This document shows, piece by piece, positions 1 through 10,388 of a stretch of DNA of 64,000 nt. The DNA lies in IMG/VR virus record IMGVR_UViG_3300043602_000144; one strand, written 5' to 3'. Numbering within the stretch: the first letter of the stretch is position 1; each line of letters begins with the position of its first letter. Position numbers and translations under genes: made by a program. Source of the DNA: an uncultured virus (IMG/VR IMGVR_UViG_3300043602_000144). Taxonomy: Duplodnaviria; Heunggongvirae; Uroviricota; Caudoviricetes. The notes under the pieces were generated by a model, which worked only from the letters and a program-made list of their open reading frames with translations, was not told where the DNA came from and did no database searches.

Positions 1-1728
1 TCCCTCGTGGTTCTGCATATGCACCGTCTCCATGCGGAACCATTGTGCGATCGAGGACGACCGATTGTAGTTGGCTTTCGCATCATCCAGTCTAATGTAC
101 AGGCCTCTATCTTCTTCACTGATGCCAAAGGTCTTCGCCTCGGGGTCCGTCATCCCAAACAACGTGATCCCGATCCTCGTCACGTTGCTCAATGCTCCGC
201 TGCCACGCGCCGCATCAATATCTCCGGCCATGTCCTTGGAGTATTTCTTCGTGTGATGCACCAGGAACACCGAACAGTTGGTCTGCCGTGCAATGTCCCT
301 CCAGATGGTTGCCACCCACTTGAGCTCCATGACGCCCTCTTCACCGTAGAACGTTTCGGCGAAAGGATCTACGACCACGACATCTATCTTTTCACGCTTG
401 ATGGTTTCTATCAATTCGGTGATCAGCGGCTCGCGGGTCATGTGTCTGTTTTTGGGATCATACTTGGATACGAGGATGCTCGTAGGATTCTTGGCCGCCA
501 GCACCCAGTCTTTCAACACTTCGTTATTATGGATATCCATGCTCTTCATCGCAACGGCAAAGGACCGCCGTGAAAGTTCCTCGTCATCCTCTTCGGCGTT
601 GATGATCAGCACCCGGCACTGCTTCCTGGGCTTCCATCTTGCCCACGCCTTGTTTGCCGCGAGCATGATGGCAAAGCATAACGTGAGAACGCTTTTACCC
701 GTGCCACCGGGGGCGACCATCATCGTCACGTGTTTCCTGAGCAGCAATCCTGGAAGGATCCATTCCCGACGTGGAATCTTTTCTTCTTTGATCGGGAACA
801 ATTTGAAAAGTTCAATGGGTGCGCTCTTGTGTTTCTTCTGGTCCCATCGTTCCCGCCATTTCGGGTCGTGCAATTCGGCATAGTAGAAGATTGTCCCGAT
901 GGCGTGCTTAGTGAACTTGGTGATCTCCTGATCCCACTTGCGGCCAACGTCCCTGGAGTTGTATCGGGCTTTGTCCTTCGCGGACCACTCCATGAAAAGC
1001 TTCTTGCCGTCTTGCCCGAGTTCATTGAAGAGCGCCGCGCCCACATACATCCAAGTATTGTAATCCAGATCCTGACAGGGGATGGCGAACAGCGCCTCCC
1101 TGATTTCTGATGGATTGACCGGCGTGCCGGTAGATTTATCCTCGCTCGTGCTACGCTGCCGCCCGTAATACTCTTTCAACTTGGCCAGAAACCATTCTGG
1201 CATGTCGCTGATTGCTTTGTTGTTCCCTTCGTATCCATGCCCAGAACTCATCACGGAGGGAGGGACGATGATGTAGCCTCCGTCACCTTTGATCTCAACA
1301 CCTTCACCGAGTTTTCCCAGAGGAACAGACCCCACACCGGGGATATAACGAAACAACAGATGTCTTCCAGTACTCGGGGTCTTGTGCTGCCTGGTGACCA
1401 CGAGCTCCGCCTCGGTGTCGATTTCCCATTGTCTCCATGTTGCCAGCCCATCTCCCATGTTCTCCTTGCGATCTAGATCCACTGCGAAGAATCCTGATGC
1501 TGCACCCGTGGCCACGCCGATCATCGCGTTGGGATACTTGAGCCACCAGTTCCTGATCACGTCAGGCTCTGCGGTGGCGTCCTTGAATCCATGGCCACCT
1601 TCGTGTTTCGGTATCATCGGCCCCTTGTTCAACGGATTGCATGGGAACACTCTCCAAGAATGTTCCTTGGCGATGGCGAGTGCAGCCTTCCCGATATCGC
1701 TCAGTTCTTCTTGCGGCTTCTTGTCCAT
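1..1728 (-). CDS. Bifunctional primase-polymerase fused to RecA-like (AAA_25/RepA-type) helicase; C-terminus runs off the window edge
   Basis: Absent from the ORF track, consistent with no stop inside the window. Both ends translated by hand: MDKKPQEELS..WRVFPCNPLNKGP..GFKDAT..IRNWW..NAMIGVATG..FFAVDLD (Prim-Pol motifs), then Walker A APGGTGKS, VVVVDP Walker B, LVHHTKK and ARGSGA. Confidence 0.88.
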   Translation of the reverse strand, partial: MDKKPQEELSDIGKAALAIAKEHSWRVFPCNPLNKGPMIPKHEGGHGFKDATAEPDVIRNWWLKYPNAMIGVATGAASGFFAVDLDRKENMGDGLATWRQWEIDTEAELVVTRQHKTPSTGRHLLFRYIPGVGSVPLGKLGEGVEIKGDGGYIIVPPSVMSSGHGYEGNNKAISDMPEWFLAKLKEYYGRQRSTSEDKSTGTPVNPSEIREALFAIPCQDLDYNTWMYVGAALFNELGQDGKKLFMEWSAKDKARYNSRDVGRKWDQEITKFTKHAIGTIFYYAELHDPKWRERWDQKKHKSAPIELFKLFPIKEEKIPRREWILPGLLLRKHVTMMVAPGGTGKSVLTLCFAIMLAANKAWARWKPRKQCRVLIINAEEDDEELSRRSFAVAMKSMDIHNNEVLKDWVLAAKNPTSILVSKYDPKNRHMTREPLITELIETIKREKIDVVVVDPFAETFYGEEGVMELKWVATIWRDIARQTNCSVFLVHHTKKYSKDMAGDIDAARGSGALSNVTRIGITLFGMTDPEAKTFGISEEDRGLYIRLDDAKANYNRSSSIAQWFRMETVHMQNHEG

Positions 1729-2047
1729 GGCCGGTCCGCCTTTTGTACGGGGTGAAGTGTTATATGTGTATGGTGCCACTAGTAACTGGCGAAGTGTATG
1801 CATTCCAAAAAATAAATTTGGGCTGCGCAACTCCGCACCACTTAAGTGGCGCACAAGTGGCGCACTCGCGCACATTTACTTCGGTGTGGGGGTTATGGCA
1901 TCCTGTTACCGCATGCCGGTTGAGCCAAAGAGCGCTCCACTCCGCGACTCATCCAAGTGTGCTTCTTGCTCTCAGGCAGGAAACGGCGATCGCATCTCAG
2001 GGTTGCTGCCCTCGGTGCGGTCGCCGAGAGCATAGAGGAAAAGGAAC

Positions 2048-2266
2048 ATGACCGATATCGTTGAACGGCTGCGCCTAACACCGTGGGCCAATACGGCAGA
2101 GGTAAAAGAGGCCGCCGACGAGATCGAACGGCTGCGGGAGCAAGCGCAGCGAGACACCGAGAGTATCAGAGCTCTCGTCAAGTACGCCGAGGGCTTAGAG
2201 GCTCAGCTAGTCGAGAGAGGGTTAGCCCACTTTTATGAGGCAAATGAACATGACCGACATCGTTGA
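2048..2266 (+). CDS. Small phage protein (MTDIVERL..EAADEIERLR type)
   Basis: RBS GAGGAAAAGGA upstream; first gene of the rightward operon. Confidence 0.7.
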   Translation: MTDIVERLRLTPWANTAEVKEAADEIERLREQAQRDTESIRALVKYAEGLEAQLVERGLAHFYEANEHDRHR

Positions 2267-2480
2267 ACGGCTGCACCGCACGGCTGGCTTGGGAATTATA
2301 AACAGCGGACTGATGGAAGAGGCCGCCGACGAAATCGAGTCCGCGCGCAGGGTCTGTGACAGCTACGCCGCAGAAAACCAGAGGTTCAGCGACGAGATCG
2401 AGCGGCTGCGCGCCGAAACTAAGAGACTGCAAGCTGCGCTGATCGAGGCTGCGGAAATGGTGAACAACGAGGACAGTTGA
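2250..2480 (+). CDS. Small phage protein, paralogue of the preceding ORF
   Basis: Same MTDIVERL start and EAADEIE motif. Confidence 0.7.
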   Translation: MTDIVERLHRTAGLGIINSGLMEEAADEIESARRVCDSYAAENQRFSDEIERLRAETKRLQAALIEAAEMVNNEDS

Positions 2481-2501
2481 AAAGGACATAGGAAAAATAC
2501 A

Positions 2502-2753
2502 ATGAAAACGATGACACGCCCTGACACGACAGAAAACTATCGCCGATGGTTGATAGATTCTGGACAAACCTACCGAGACCTGGAGTCTGCCGATCAACGC
2601 TGGAACACCCAGCAGTTGAAGGAAGAGTTCGAGGTCCACTCATTCCTGGCGCCTTTTGTCTTCGTCACGCGCAAGAGTGACAAGGTCAAAGGATCCCTGG
2701 AATTCACGCACAGCCCACGCTGGTATTTCAACTTCAAAGGAGAGAGCAAGTGA
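2502..2753 (+). CDS. Hypothetical protein
   Basis: RBS AGGA; fits operon tiling. Confidence 0.65.
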   Translation: MKTMTRPDTTENYRRWLIDSGQTYRDLESADQRWNTQQLKEEFEVHSFLAPFVFVTRKSDKVKGSLEFTHSPRWYFNFKGESK

Positions 2754-2935
2754 ATCGGTATGTCGTAATTGCGGTTGCAACAAATGACGACGAAGGTATG
2801 AACGCAAGCATTATCTGGTCACAGATATTCCAGTCAGAAAAAGATGCTCTAGAATGTATGGACTGGCTTGGTAAATACGAGAACATCACCGCAGAGTATT
2901 ATGTCAATCGACAAAATGATCCGTTCCGACCATGA
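2750..2935 (+). CDS. Hypothetical protein
   Basis: AGGAG RBS; GTGA and ATGA overlaps with both neighbours. Confidence 0.6.
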   Translation: MNRYVVIAVATNDDEGMNASIIWSQIFQSEKDALECMDWLGKYENITAEYYVNRQNDPFRP

Positions 2936-4512
2936 ATGATATCTTCAAACTACAAAGCACGCTCATGGACCATCAGGTCACAGGCGTGCAACGCGCCAAC
3001 GGAAAACCAGCGTTCGCTTACTTGTGCGACATGGGCGTTGGCAAGACGCTGATGTTGCTCGCGGAGTACCAGCGGCGGGTGTCCAAGGATGACATCATGG
3101 ATCTCTTGGTCATCGCACCGAAGGGATGCATACGCAATTGGTACTACGATCGTGAAGACGCACCCAGCGAACTGACCAAGCATCTGGATCCTCTGCTCCG
3201 TAAGCATCTGGTCATCGCTTCGAGTGAAGGCGGTGCAACGGCACGCGACGCACGAGAGAAGATGCTCGCGACGAAGGGCAAGCCCCGCGCCTTCTTCGTC
3301 AACGTGGAAGCACTGAGTGGCTCTGCCAGAATGCTGTCGGCGTGCAATGAGTTTCTCTTGTCTGGCAAAGTCATGATGGCCATCGATGAATCCACCGTGA
3401 TCAAGTCCAGGAAAGCGCAGCGGACCAAGACCATCTTGCGACTGGGGAAAATGGCCAAGGTCCGGCGCATACTGTCCGGGCTGGCCACACCGAAGAGCCC
3501 GATGGACCTGCACGCGCAGTTCAGCTTCCTGGATGAGCGCATTCTCGGGAAGTCCTTCACGCTTTTCAGGGCGCGCTATGCCCGGATGGACTTCATCTGT
3601 CGTGCGCCCACTCAGGTCATCGACATGCAACTGCGCAGAGCGCAGGCCCGAGCGAAGAAGCCCGTGAAGATCGACGGCATGAGCCGGATGCAGAAGATCA
3701 ACGAGTGCTACGCACTAGGAGGATGGATCCCGTCCACGGCACCCATCATCGCGGGATACCAGAATCTGCCGGAGCTCCGGGACAAGATCGCAGACCATTG
3801 CTATAGGGTGCGCAAGGAAGATTGCTTAGACCTGCCGCCCAAGGTCTTTCAGTGGCGGGAGGTGGACCTCACTGACGAGCAACGCAGAATCTACAAGAAC
3901 GTCCTCGAGGATGCGACCGCGCAGTTGTCTCAAACGAAGCACATCACCACGACCAACGCGATGGAACAGATACTCCGGCTGCATCAAATCTGCTGCGGCC
4001 ATGCCACCACCGAAACCGGCGAACTGATAGATCTACCATCCAACCGATTGGACGCGGTCCTGGAAGTTCTAGAAGATCACGAGGGGAAAGCCATCATCTG
4101 GGCAACGTACCAGCACGATATCAAGAAGCTCGCCGAGAAACTCAAGGAAGAATACGGTCCTGAAGCGGTGGCCGTCTATTACGGAGGCAACGTCAGCGAA
4201 CGAGGTGATGATGAAGCCCGATTCAAATCAGATCCCGCGTGCAGATTCATGGTAGCCACTCCCGCTGCCGGCGGACTGGGAATGAACTGGCAAGTCGCAG
4301 ACTTGGTTGTGTATGCATCCAACAACTGGGATCTGGCGCAGCGTCTACAGAGTGAAGACAGAGCGCACCGCAAGGGACAGACGAAGTCAGTGACCTACGT
4401 GGACATCATCACGCGTGACACGGTCGAGGGAAAGATCATAAGGTCTCTCCGAAGCAAGATGGATTTGGCCACCACGGTCACAGGTGAAGAATTGCGAAAG
4501 TGGCTGGTATAG
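2932..4512 (+). CDS. SNF2-family (SF2) helicase
   Basis: DMGVGKT motif I, IDES motif II, LSGLATP motif III, GGLGMN motif V, QSEDRAHRKGQ motif VI. Confidence 0.92.
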   Translation: MNDIFKLQSTLMDHQVTGVQRANGKPAFAYLCDMGVGKTLMLLAEYQRRVSKDDIMDLLVIAPKGCIRNWYYDREDAPSELTKHLDPLLRKHLVIASSEGGATARDAREKMLATKGKPRAFFVNVEALSGSARMLSACNEFLLSGKVMMAIDESTVIKSRKAQRTKTILRLGKMAKVRRILSGLATPKSPMDLHAQFSFLDERILGKSFTLFRARYARMDFICRAPTQVIDMQLRRAQARAKKPVKIDGMSRMQKINECYALGGWIPSTAPIIAGYQNLPELRDKIADHCYRVRKEDCLDLPPKVFQWREVDLTDEQRRIYKNVLEDATAQLSQTKHITTTNAMEQILRLHQICCGHATTETGELIDLPSNRLDAVLEVLEDHEGKAIIWATYQHDIKKLAEKLKEEYGPEAVAVYYGGNVSERGDDEARFKSDPACRFMVATPAAGGLGMNWQVADLVVYASNNWDLAQRLQSEDRAHRKGQTKSVTYVDIITRDTVEGKIIRSLRSKMDLATTVTGEELRKWLV

Positions 4513-4513
4513 T

Positions 4514-4542
4514 TTTATTTCGTGCTGGGTCAATGGTAGAAT
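4514..4542 (+). promoter_or_regulatory. Putative promoter TTTATT-N17-TAGAAT (TTTAYTTCG class)
   Basis: AT-rich intergenic position, 17-nt spacer; motif recurs at 1875, 9711 and 27751. Confidence 0.6.
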
Positions 4543-4562
4543 ATAAACACTAAAGGAATAAG

Positions 4563-4745
4563 ATGATGCGATCACGATATCCACTCAATTATCGACTGAC
4601 CAAGGCGCTCGTGAAAGCAAAAGAACCGCCGATGTATCATAATCTGCCGCCGAAATTGGCCAAGAATGTCAGGAAGCTGCAGCCATACCGTATCAAGTCC
4701 AAGATTACGCTGCCTGAATTGAACTGCTTGAAAGAGGAGAAGTAA
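4563..4745 (+). CDS. Small basic hypothetical protein
   Basis: AAGGA RBS; TAATG coupling to the next gene. Confidence 0.55.
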   Translation: MMRSRYPLNYRLTKALVKAKEPPMYHNLPPKLAKNVRKLQPYRIKSKITLPELNCLKEEK

Positions 4746-5365
4746 TGAAAACGATAGACGAAGAACTGGAAGAGGAAGCTAGAGCGGAAGCGCTGGAAGG
4801 ACCACCGAAGGATAAACTGGACAGACTGCGTGCCGCCTGCGCCCATGCTCGAGATCTGGATCTGGAAATTCAGGATCTTGAATCCAGAGCCTCTGAGAAA
4901 AAGCGGGAACTCCTGGATCTGCGCTACAAAGGACTGCCCGACTTGTTCATGAGCGCTGGAGTATCTAGCGTAGGCATAGATGCAGAAAGGAACATGCCTG
5001 CCTATACGGCTAAGATGGCTGACCACTACCACGCCAACATCTCAACGTCGTGGGATCCTGAGCGTCAGGATGCAGGACTGAACTGGTTGGAAGAACACGG
5101 ACAAGGTGATCTCATCAAGCGCACCGTCGAAATAAGTTTCGGGCGCGATCAATACAAGATGTTCGAGCAGGTGATGAAGGCGCTCGGGAAGATGCCGAAG
5201 ATCGCGGAACACATCAAGGTGCGACGTGCCGTGGCGTGGAACACGTTGACGGCATGGCTCAAGGAAAGATATCACAACAACGAAGGACTTGGAGATGTCG
5301 AACTGCAGACATTGGGTGCTGTCGTCGGCAAGGTTGTTCACATTAAACCCGCAAAGGAGAAATGA
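4745..5365 (+). CDS. Conserved phage replication-region protein with N-terminal coiled coil
   Basis: LPDLFM..GV, WLEEHGQGDLIK and WNTLTAWLKE motifs, as seen in the gene preceding SSB in such phages. Confidence 0.6.
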   Translation: MKTIDEELEEEARAEALEGPPKDKLDRLRAACAHARDLDLEIQDLESRASEKKRELLDLRYKGLPDLFMSAGVSSVGIDAERNMPAYTAKMADHYHANISTSWDPERQDAGLNWLEEHGQGDLIKRTVEISFGRDQYKMFEQVMKALGKMPKIAEHIKVRRAVAWNTLTAWLKERYHNNEGLGDVELQTLGAVVGKVVHIKPAKEK

Positions 5366-6315
5366 AAATGGCTAAGAAGACAGTTGAAGAGAAGCCTCAG
5401 GCGAAACCGGCTACGCCTCCCGCTGCACTCGATCGGGATTTCACCGCCAATATCAGCGGATCAGGAAATGGTGCGCTGATGGAGCAGATGGATGATCTCG
5501 ACAAAGAGATGTATGCCGATGCAGGGCTTGGCATCGACAACAGGGCGAGCTCGAATATCACGCCGAGCATTTCGATCCTGCAGCCCATGTCTCCACAAGT
5601 GCTGGCAGGTCCGGATCAGCTTGACGATGCAAGAGCCGGAGACTTCTGGATCAAGGGTGCGAACCCTCCCATCATCGGTGGTAAGGATGGGATCTGGTTT
5701 CAGCCTGCCGCAACGACCGAGCATTGGTTCGAGTTCGTGCCACGTGAACAGGGTGGCGGGTTCGTTGCACGCTATGAAGCTGAGTACGATAGAAGAGGCA
5801 GGGTCATTCCGCCCGAGGGTGCGGTGCAGAGTGAAGAGAACCCGAACTCCTTTTCATTCGAGGAGTCTGGGAATAACTGCATCCACTATCGTCACGTCGC
5901 CGGCTTCGTTTGGATAGACGGCATCGGCCTCGAATACGTGATCTCGTTCAAAGGCACCGGACATACCGTTGCCAGAACGTGGAACACGAAACGTGGGCAG
6001 AAGCGTTTTGCCGATGGAGTACAGATGCCCATTTATTCTCATCTGTATCATCTGACTACGATCCAGAAGTCCAACAAGAAGGGAACATGGTTCCAGATCG
6101 CGGTCAGTGACGGCACCCATCTGAAAGCATGCGGTGAAATCGTCGGTGACGTGCGCAAGGCAAAGCAAATGGGGCAGGCACTTGCACTGGCATTCAAGCG
6201 TGGTGAGAAACTGCCAGGAACACCGGAAGAATACGAAGCTTCCGATGAGGATGGCGAAATCATCAATGCCACTGCCACTGATGATACTCAGGAAAAGGAC
6301 AAGATCCCGTTTTAG
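5362..6315 (+). CDS. Putative single-stranded DNA-binding protein
   Basis: ILQPMSPQ and SNKKGTWF motifs; acidic tail ending DKIPF like SSB C-termini; replication context. Confidence 0.7.
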   Translation: MKMAKKTVEEKPQAKPATPPAALDRDFTANISGSGNGALMEQMDDLDKEMYADAGLGIDNRASSNITPSISILQPMSPQVLAGPDQLDDARAGDFWIKGANPPIIGGKDGIWFQPAATTEHWFEFVPREQGGGFVARYEAEYDRRGRVIPPEGAVQSEENPNSFSFEESGNNCIHYRHVAGFVWIDGIGLEYVISFKGTGHTVARTWNTKRGQKRFADGVQMPIYSHLYHLTTIQKSNKKGTWFQIAVSDGTHLKACGEIVGDVRKAKQMGQALALAFKRGEKLPGTPEEYEASDEDGEIINATATDDTQEKDKIPF

Positions 6316-6337
6316 TAAGTAGCGTCGAGTAAAGTTC

Positions 6338-7054
6338 GTGATAGTGGTGACGCTGGACACGGAGACTTCCGGTACAGGCCCGGATGACCAAGTGATCGAG
6401 GTCGGTATCATAGTCCGCGATCTCTCTCTACATCCAGCGTCACTCATTATCTGGTCTTCACTGATCAAGCCTTCTGTGCCGGTGCATCCGGCTGCACGCG
6501 GCGCGCACCACATCACTGACAAGGAACTCGCCGATGCGCCAACCATCGGCGACGTCATTCCACAGATGCGTGAACATATGAAAGGCGCGCATGCCGTTGT
6601 CGGGCACAATCTAGAGTTTGATCTTCGCATGTTGAAGCAATCCGGCGTGCCGGATGATATCATCCCGCCTGCGAAAATCTGCACCTGGATCTGTGCCAAA
6701 CATCTGTGGCCCAATGCACCGGGCCATGCGAATCAGACGCTGCGATACTGGCGTGAGCTCGAACTCACGGCTTCATCGCATCGTGCATTGGCCGACGCTT
6801 TCGTTACGCATGCATTGCTTCAGGAAATGTTGATGGAAGCATCACCAGAGCAACTCATAGAACTGACTGAGACGCCGGTGCTGCAGACGAAGATCATGTT
6901 CGGCAAGCACCGAGACAAACTGTGGAGCGAGGTTGACATCAGCTATCTCAGATGGCTCCTGGATCCACAACGCGAGCCGCCTTTCAGCGACGAAATTCGA
7001 TTTGCTGCACGTCACTGGCTCAATATAGCTAAAGAGGAGGGACGTTCCAAATGA
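6338..7054 (+). CDS. DEDDh 3'-5' exonuclease (exonuclease X-like)
   Basis: LDTETSG, VGHNLEFD, HRALADA, and C-terminal MFGKH..YLRWL. Confidence 0.9.
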   Translation: MIVVTLDTETSGTGPDDQVIEVGIIVRDLSLHPASLIIWSSLIKPSVPVHPAARGAHHITDKELADAPTIGDVIPQMREHMKGAHAVVGHNLEFDLRMLKQSGVPDDIIPPAKICTWICAKHLWPNAPGHANQTLRYWRELELTASSHRALADAFVTHALLQEMLMEASPEQLIELTETPVLQTKIMFGKHRDKLWSEVDISYLRWLLDPQREPPFSDEIRFAARHWLNIAKEEGRSK

Positions 7055-8601
7055 ACTGGTTCAAGAAAATCTTCGAACGTGTCCGGGCGTATTTCCGTCG
7101 TCCGGAACCGCCGAAGCCGCAGCCAAAGCCGATCAGAGCGAAGGTTCCGCCGCCGCAGCCGGTGCCACCGATCAAGACGGATCCGCCGCCGCCACCACAG
7201 CCGACACCCGAGCCACCGACACCGCCGAAGCAGCCGACTTCGATCCGTCGCAATGCTAGGAAGCATCTCGAGGAACTGGAAAAGCGACGACTGAAATTCG
7301 ACAAGTTCGTTGAGCCGCAGGGACCGACACCGAAACCCGGCGCACCACGAACGCATGCAAAGATAGAGCTCCCTCCGCCGCCAGCCACCGAGGAGTTCGT
7401 TGCGATCAAGCTCGTCAAGGACGAGGAGATGTTCATCAGGGACATCCACCACGAAGACAAAGGCGGTGAAGAGGTATTGTACCGCGAAACTGAAATGTAC
7501 GGGGAGTTCAACTTCCGCGATACCATCTTACAACAACTCGAGCGATACTTCGTCTATATCAATCGCATGCGGAAGAATGATCCAGACGCCTACGGTCTGT
7601 ATCGGCAAGTCGGCGCGACGCTGCTCCCCTACATTGCCACCAGCACCACACATCGCGGAGACTACGACAAGCTGAAGAAGAAACACGAGCATGAGAAAAA
7701 CCCACTCCCGCCGTGGTTCAACGCCAAGCGTCCATCATTTGGGTGCTTCTGCTACGGAGTAGATCCAGAGACGGAGAAGTATGAACTCGCGGCGAAGGAT
7801 CCTCTCAAGAAAAAGCGCAGGGTCTGGGTTCCCAAGTTCATGTACTACTCGAAATACGAACAGCCACCACCGACGGTGCAGCACATGTCAGGCGGAGACG
7901 TATACTCCATGACCGTCTGGTGGGATCGGCCGCAGGATCCTAAGAACAAAAGAAACTACGGAACTCCGCAGTCGTTCGCGGTGTTCATCAGCAAGGACGG
8001 TTCCGAGGTGCGCGCCTTGCGTCAACTCGAAACCAAATTTATCGCCATCCACAAGAAAAGGAAAAATGGTTCGTTCGTCATTCCAGATCGTGGCTGGCAC
8101 TATCCTTCTATCTTGGAAGAGGAAGAGGGATGGGCACCTGAAGAACAGCTCGTAGAGCTGTTCGTGGACTCGGCAAAGAAACAGGAGTGGGCCAGCTATT
8201 CGATGGTGCGAGTGGCTGCAACGAAAGGGAACATGACGGCAGCATTCGGCGTCAACGTGCGCCGCATGGCCTACTTCTTTCAGGACCGCGATATCACGCT
8301 CTCCGAAGTCGGTACTCGCAAGAAGGTTTTCCACATGGTGCGGGCGCATACCAGAAGGGACGGAACCCATGTGCCGTTCCATTTCCGCGGTGAGAAAGAC
8401 TTTACATGGGCGGGCTACCAGATCCATATCACGATACCTGGAAGGGATCACCCTATGATCGAGGAGCTCGATATCGGTTCAGTCGATGAATACTGGATTG
8501 ATAAAGAGGACGATGATAAATACACGCATCTTCCAGAGCTCGGCAAACTGCTGGCGGCTGGCATGGGCATCAAACACAAGGAAGAAAAGAATGAACATTG
8601 A
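7051..8601 (+). CDS. Hypothetical protein with Pro-rich N-terminus
   Basis: 516-aa ORF with GAGGAGG RBS; C-terminal HMVRAHTRR..VPFHFRG basic/His motif. Confidence 0.75.
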   Translation: MNWFKKIFERVRAYFRRPEPPKPQPKPIRAKVPPPQPVPPIKTDPPPPPQPTPEPPTPPKQPTSIRRNARKHLEELEKRRLKFDKFVEPQGPTPKPGAPRTHAKIELPPPPATEEFVAIKLVKDEEMFIRDIHHEDKGGEEVLYRETEMYGEFNFRDTILQQLERYFVYINRMRKNDPDAYGLYRQVGATLLPYIATSTTHRGDYDKLKKKHEHEKNPLPPWFNAKRPSFGCFCYGVDPETEKYELAAKDPLKKKRRVWVPKFMYYSKYEQPPPTVQHMSGGDVYSMTVWWDRPQDPKNKRNYGTPQSFAVFISKDGSEVRALRQLETKFIAIHKKRKNGSFVIPDRGWHYPSILEEEEGWAPEEQLVELFVDSAKKQEWASYSMVRVAATKGNMTAAFGVNVRRMAYFFQDRDITLSEVGTRKKVFHMVRAHTRRDGTHVPFHFRGEKDFTWAGYQIHITIPGRDHPMIEELDIGSVDEYWIDKEDDDKYTHLPELGKLLAAGMGIKHKEEKNEH

Positions 8602-9472
8602 CATGGTCAGCGAAGACCACATCCGGAAGATCGAAGATCCCGTCAAGCGACTGTTCGCGTTCATGAAGGAGCGCCATGCCATGCATGTGCGACGGACGCT
8701 GAACCAGCCGCCGCCGTGGACCAATGATCCACTCCTGCGGGATTATCGGTACTGTAATATCTATCGCAATCTCGATAGAGTCACGATGTGGATTCACCAG
8801 AACTGGTGCGAGCCGCACAAGGATGATCCTGATCTGTGGTTCGCGATCTGCTTGGCACGGCTGTTGAACCTGCCAGTATCTCTGGAAGTCGCAGGCTATC
8901 CGGTGCCATGGGATGCAGCCAAATTCAGCAGGAAGATCAAGAACCATCGCGATGCTGGCGGAAAGTGCTTCAACGCCGCCTACATCGTATCGACCAACGG
9001 AGTCATGTCAGACAAGATCGTGTACCTCGTGCATGATGTGCTGACGCCACTGTGGCGCGATCGCAAGACGCTGAGACCGCGGGAAGGTGACACGCTCATG
9101 TCATGGCATGCACAACTGATGCTGTACAACGGAATGGGGAACTTCATCGCGGCGCAAGTGATCGCAGACCTGAAGCACTTTGACCCGCATTTACTTCGTG
9201 CGTCAGACCATGCGAAATTTGCTGCACCGGGGCCAGGAAGCCTTCGAGGCATCAGCGTCATCGAAGGACGTACGATCAAGCACGCAGACGAATTCCGGTT
9301 GGCGCTCGCTCGTTTGGACGAAAAGATTGCGCCGATGGTGAAGGCGGCAAGCATGCCGCTGGTGGATCGTCAAGATCTACAGAACTGTTTATGCGAATAC
9401 TCGAAGTACATGCGAGCAGTATCAACGGGCCAGAAGCCCAAACAGAAGTATCGATGGAAGGACAACCCATGA
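8591..9472 (+). CDS. aGPT-Pplase1-type thymidine hypermodification protein (helical DNA-glycosylase-like fold)
   Basis: FMKERH..PPPWTNDPLLRDYRYCNIYRNLDRVT, AYIV, GNFIAAQVIADL, PGPGSLRG and DLQNCLCEYSKY motifs. Confidence 0.85.
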   Translation: MNIDMVSEDHIRKIEDPVKRLFAFMKERHAMHVRRTLNQPPPWTNDPLLRDYRYCNIYRNLDRVTMWIHQNWCEPHKDDPDLWFAICLARLLNLPVSLEVAGYPVPWDAAKFSRKIKNHRDAGGKCFNAAYIVSTNGVMSDKIVYLVHDVLTPLWRDRKTLRPREGDTLMSWHAQLMLYNGMGNFIAAQVIADLKHFDPHLLRASDHAKFAAPGPGSLRGISVIEGRTIKHADEFRLALARLDEKIAPMVKAASMPLVDRQDLQNCLCEYSKYMRAVSTGQKPKQKYRWKDNP

Positions 9473-9669
9473 AACTGACTTTCACGGCAAATTCTCGAGA
9501 TGCTTGGAGGGAATGGTTTGCCTGGAGACCTGTGATTATACACACCAAGAACAAGATTCATCTAGTCTGGTTACGATACGTCGAAAGAAATGGACCTTGG
9601 GAGTTTGCGAACATATGGACTTATGATTACAGGTTTATTCAAGAACCAGATACGGATGTCCGGCTTTAA
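9469..9669 (+). CDS. Small Trp-rich phage protein
   Basis: WREWFAWRPV..VWLRYVER motif; ATGA overlap. Confidence 0.65.
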   Translation: MKLTFTANSRDAWREWFAWRPVIIHTKNKIHLVWLRYVERNGPWEFANIWTYDYRFIQEPDTDVRL

Positions 9670-9779
9670 TGTTGGTCTATGTTGGTCTATGTTAGTAACA
9701 ATCCGTACGTTTTACTTCGCACGACCTAACGAGTTATTCTGTTTGCTACGCAATAGTGCGTAAACGACAGGAGAAACTA

Positions 9780-10388
9780 ATGATCAAGATTGATGACATG
9801 CACAATGGCCCAACCGGAAGATCGCCGGAACAAGTCCAGATGCTGAAGCGCGTTTTCCAAGGCATGGAAGTCCTTGATGCCAAGGCTAACATCATCATCA
9901 ATGCCAAAGCTGAGGACTTTGAGGGAGCGCACCCAAATGATCTTGAGAACTGTGTGTTTGCTCGTGCCTGCCACAGGCTGTACGACAGTACCACCATGGT
10001 TTTCATGGCGACCTTAGCCTATGTGGATCTCCCTGATGAAAACGGTAATCGCAAAGTCTATCGTTTTCAACTCGGAGAAAAATTCAAAGCCGCGATCAAG
10101 GAATATGACGAAAGCAAAGGCGCGAAATTTTCTCCCGGTGTCTACACTCTATTGGCCATGCCCATCTGCAAAACATTAGATCGGCAACGCGAAAGAGGAA
10201 TTAAGCGAACAGCGTCTCAGGCCGACAAACTCAAGAAACGAACCTATGAAAAACGACGTAGAGCCAAGATCAAATCTACCGCGTACAAAGTCAAAACGAA
10301 AAACCGCGCTTATCGCAGAGGTATCGTTGGCGTTGTCCGATCTGGATCTGGGCTGGTTCAGACACAGATCGTAAGGAGTTGTGCGTGA
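9780..10388 (+). CDS. Hypothetical basic protein
   Basis: AGGAG RBS; downstream of a TTTACTTCG promoter-like motif. Confidence 0.65.
   Translation: MIKIDDMHNGPTGRSPEQVQMLKRVFQGMEVLDAKANIIINAKAEDFEGAHPNDLENCVFARACHRLYDSTTMVFMATLAYVDLPDENGNRKVYRFQLGEKFKAAIKEYDESKGAKFSPGVYTLLAMPICKTLDRQRERGIKRTASQADKLKKRTYEKRRRAKIKSTAYKVKTKNRAYRRGIVGVVRSGSGLVQTQIVRSCA

Noticed and set aside
1960..2035. Glycine riboswitch suggested by CTCTCAGG
   Set aside because: The other conserved elements are missing or in the wrong order.
7..2035. Plus-strand ORFs in the track
   Set aside because: Shadows of the minus-strand primase-helicase.
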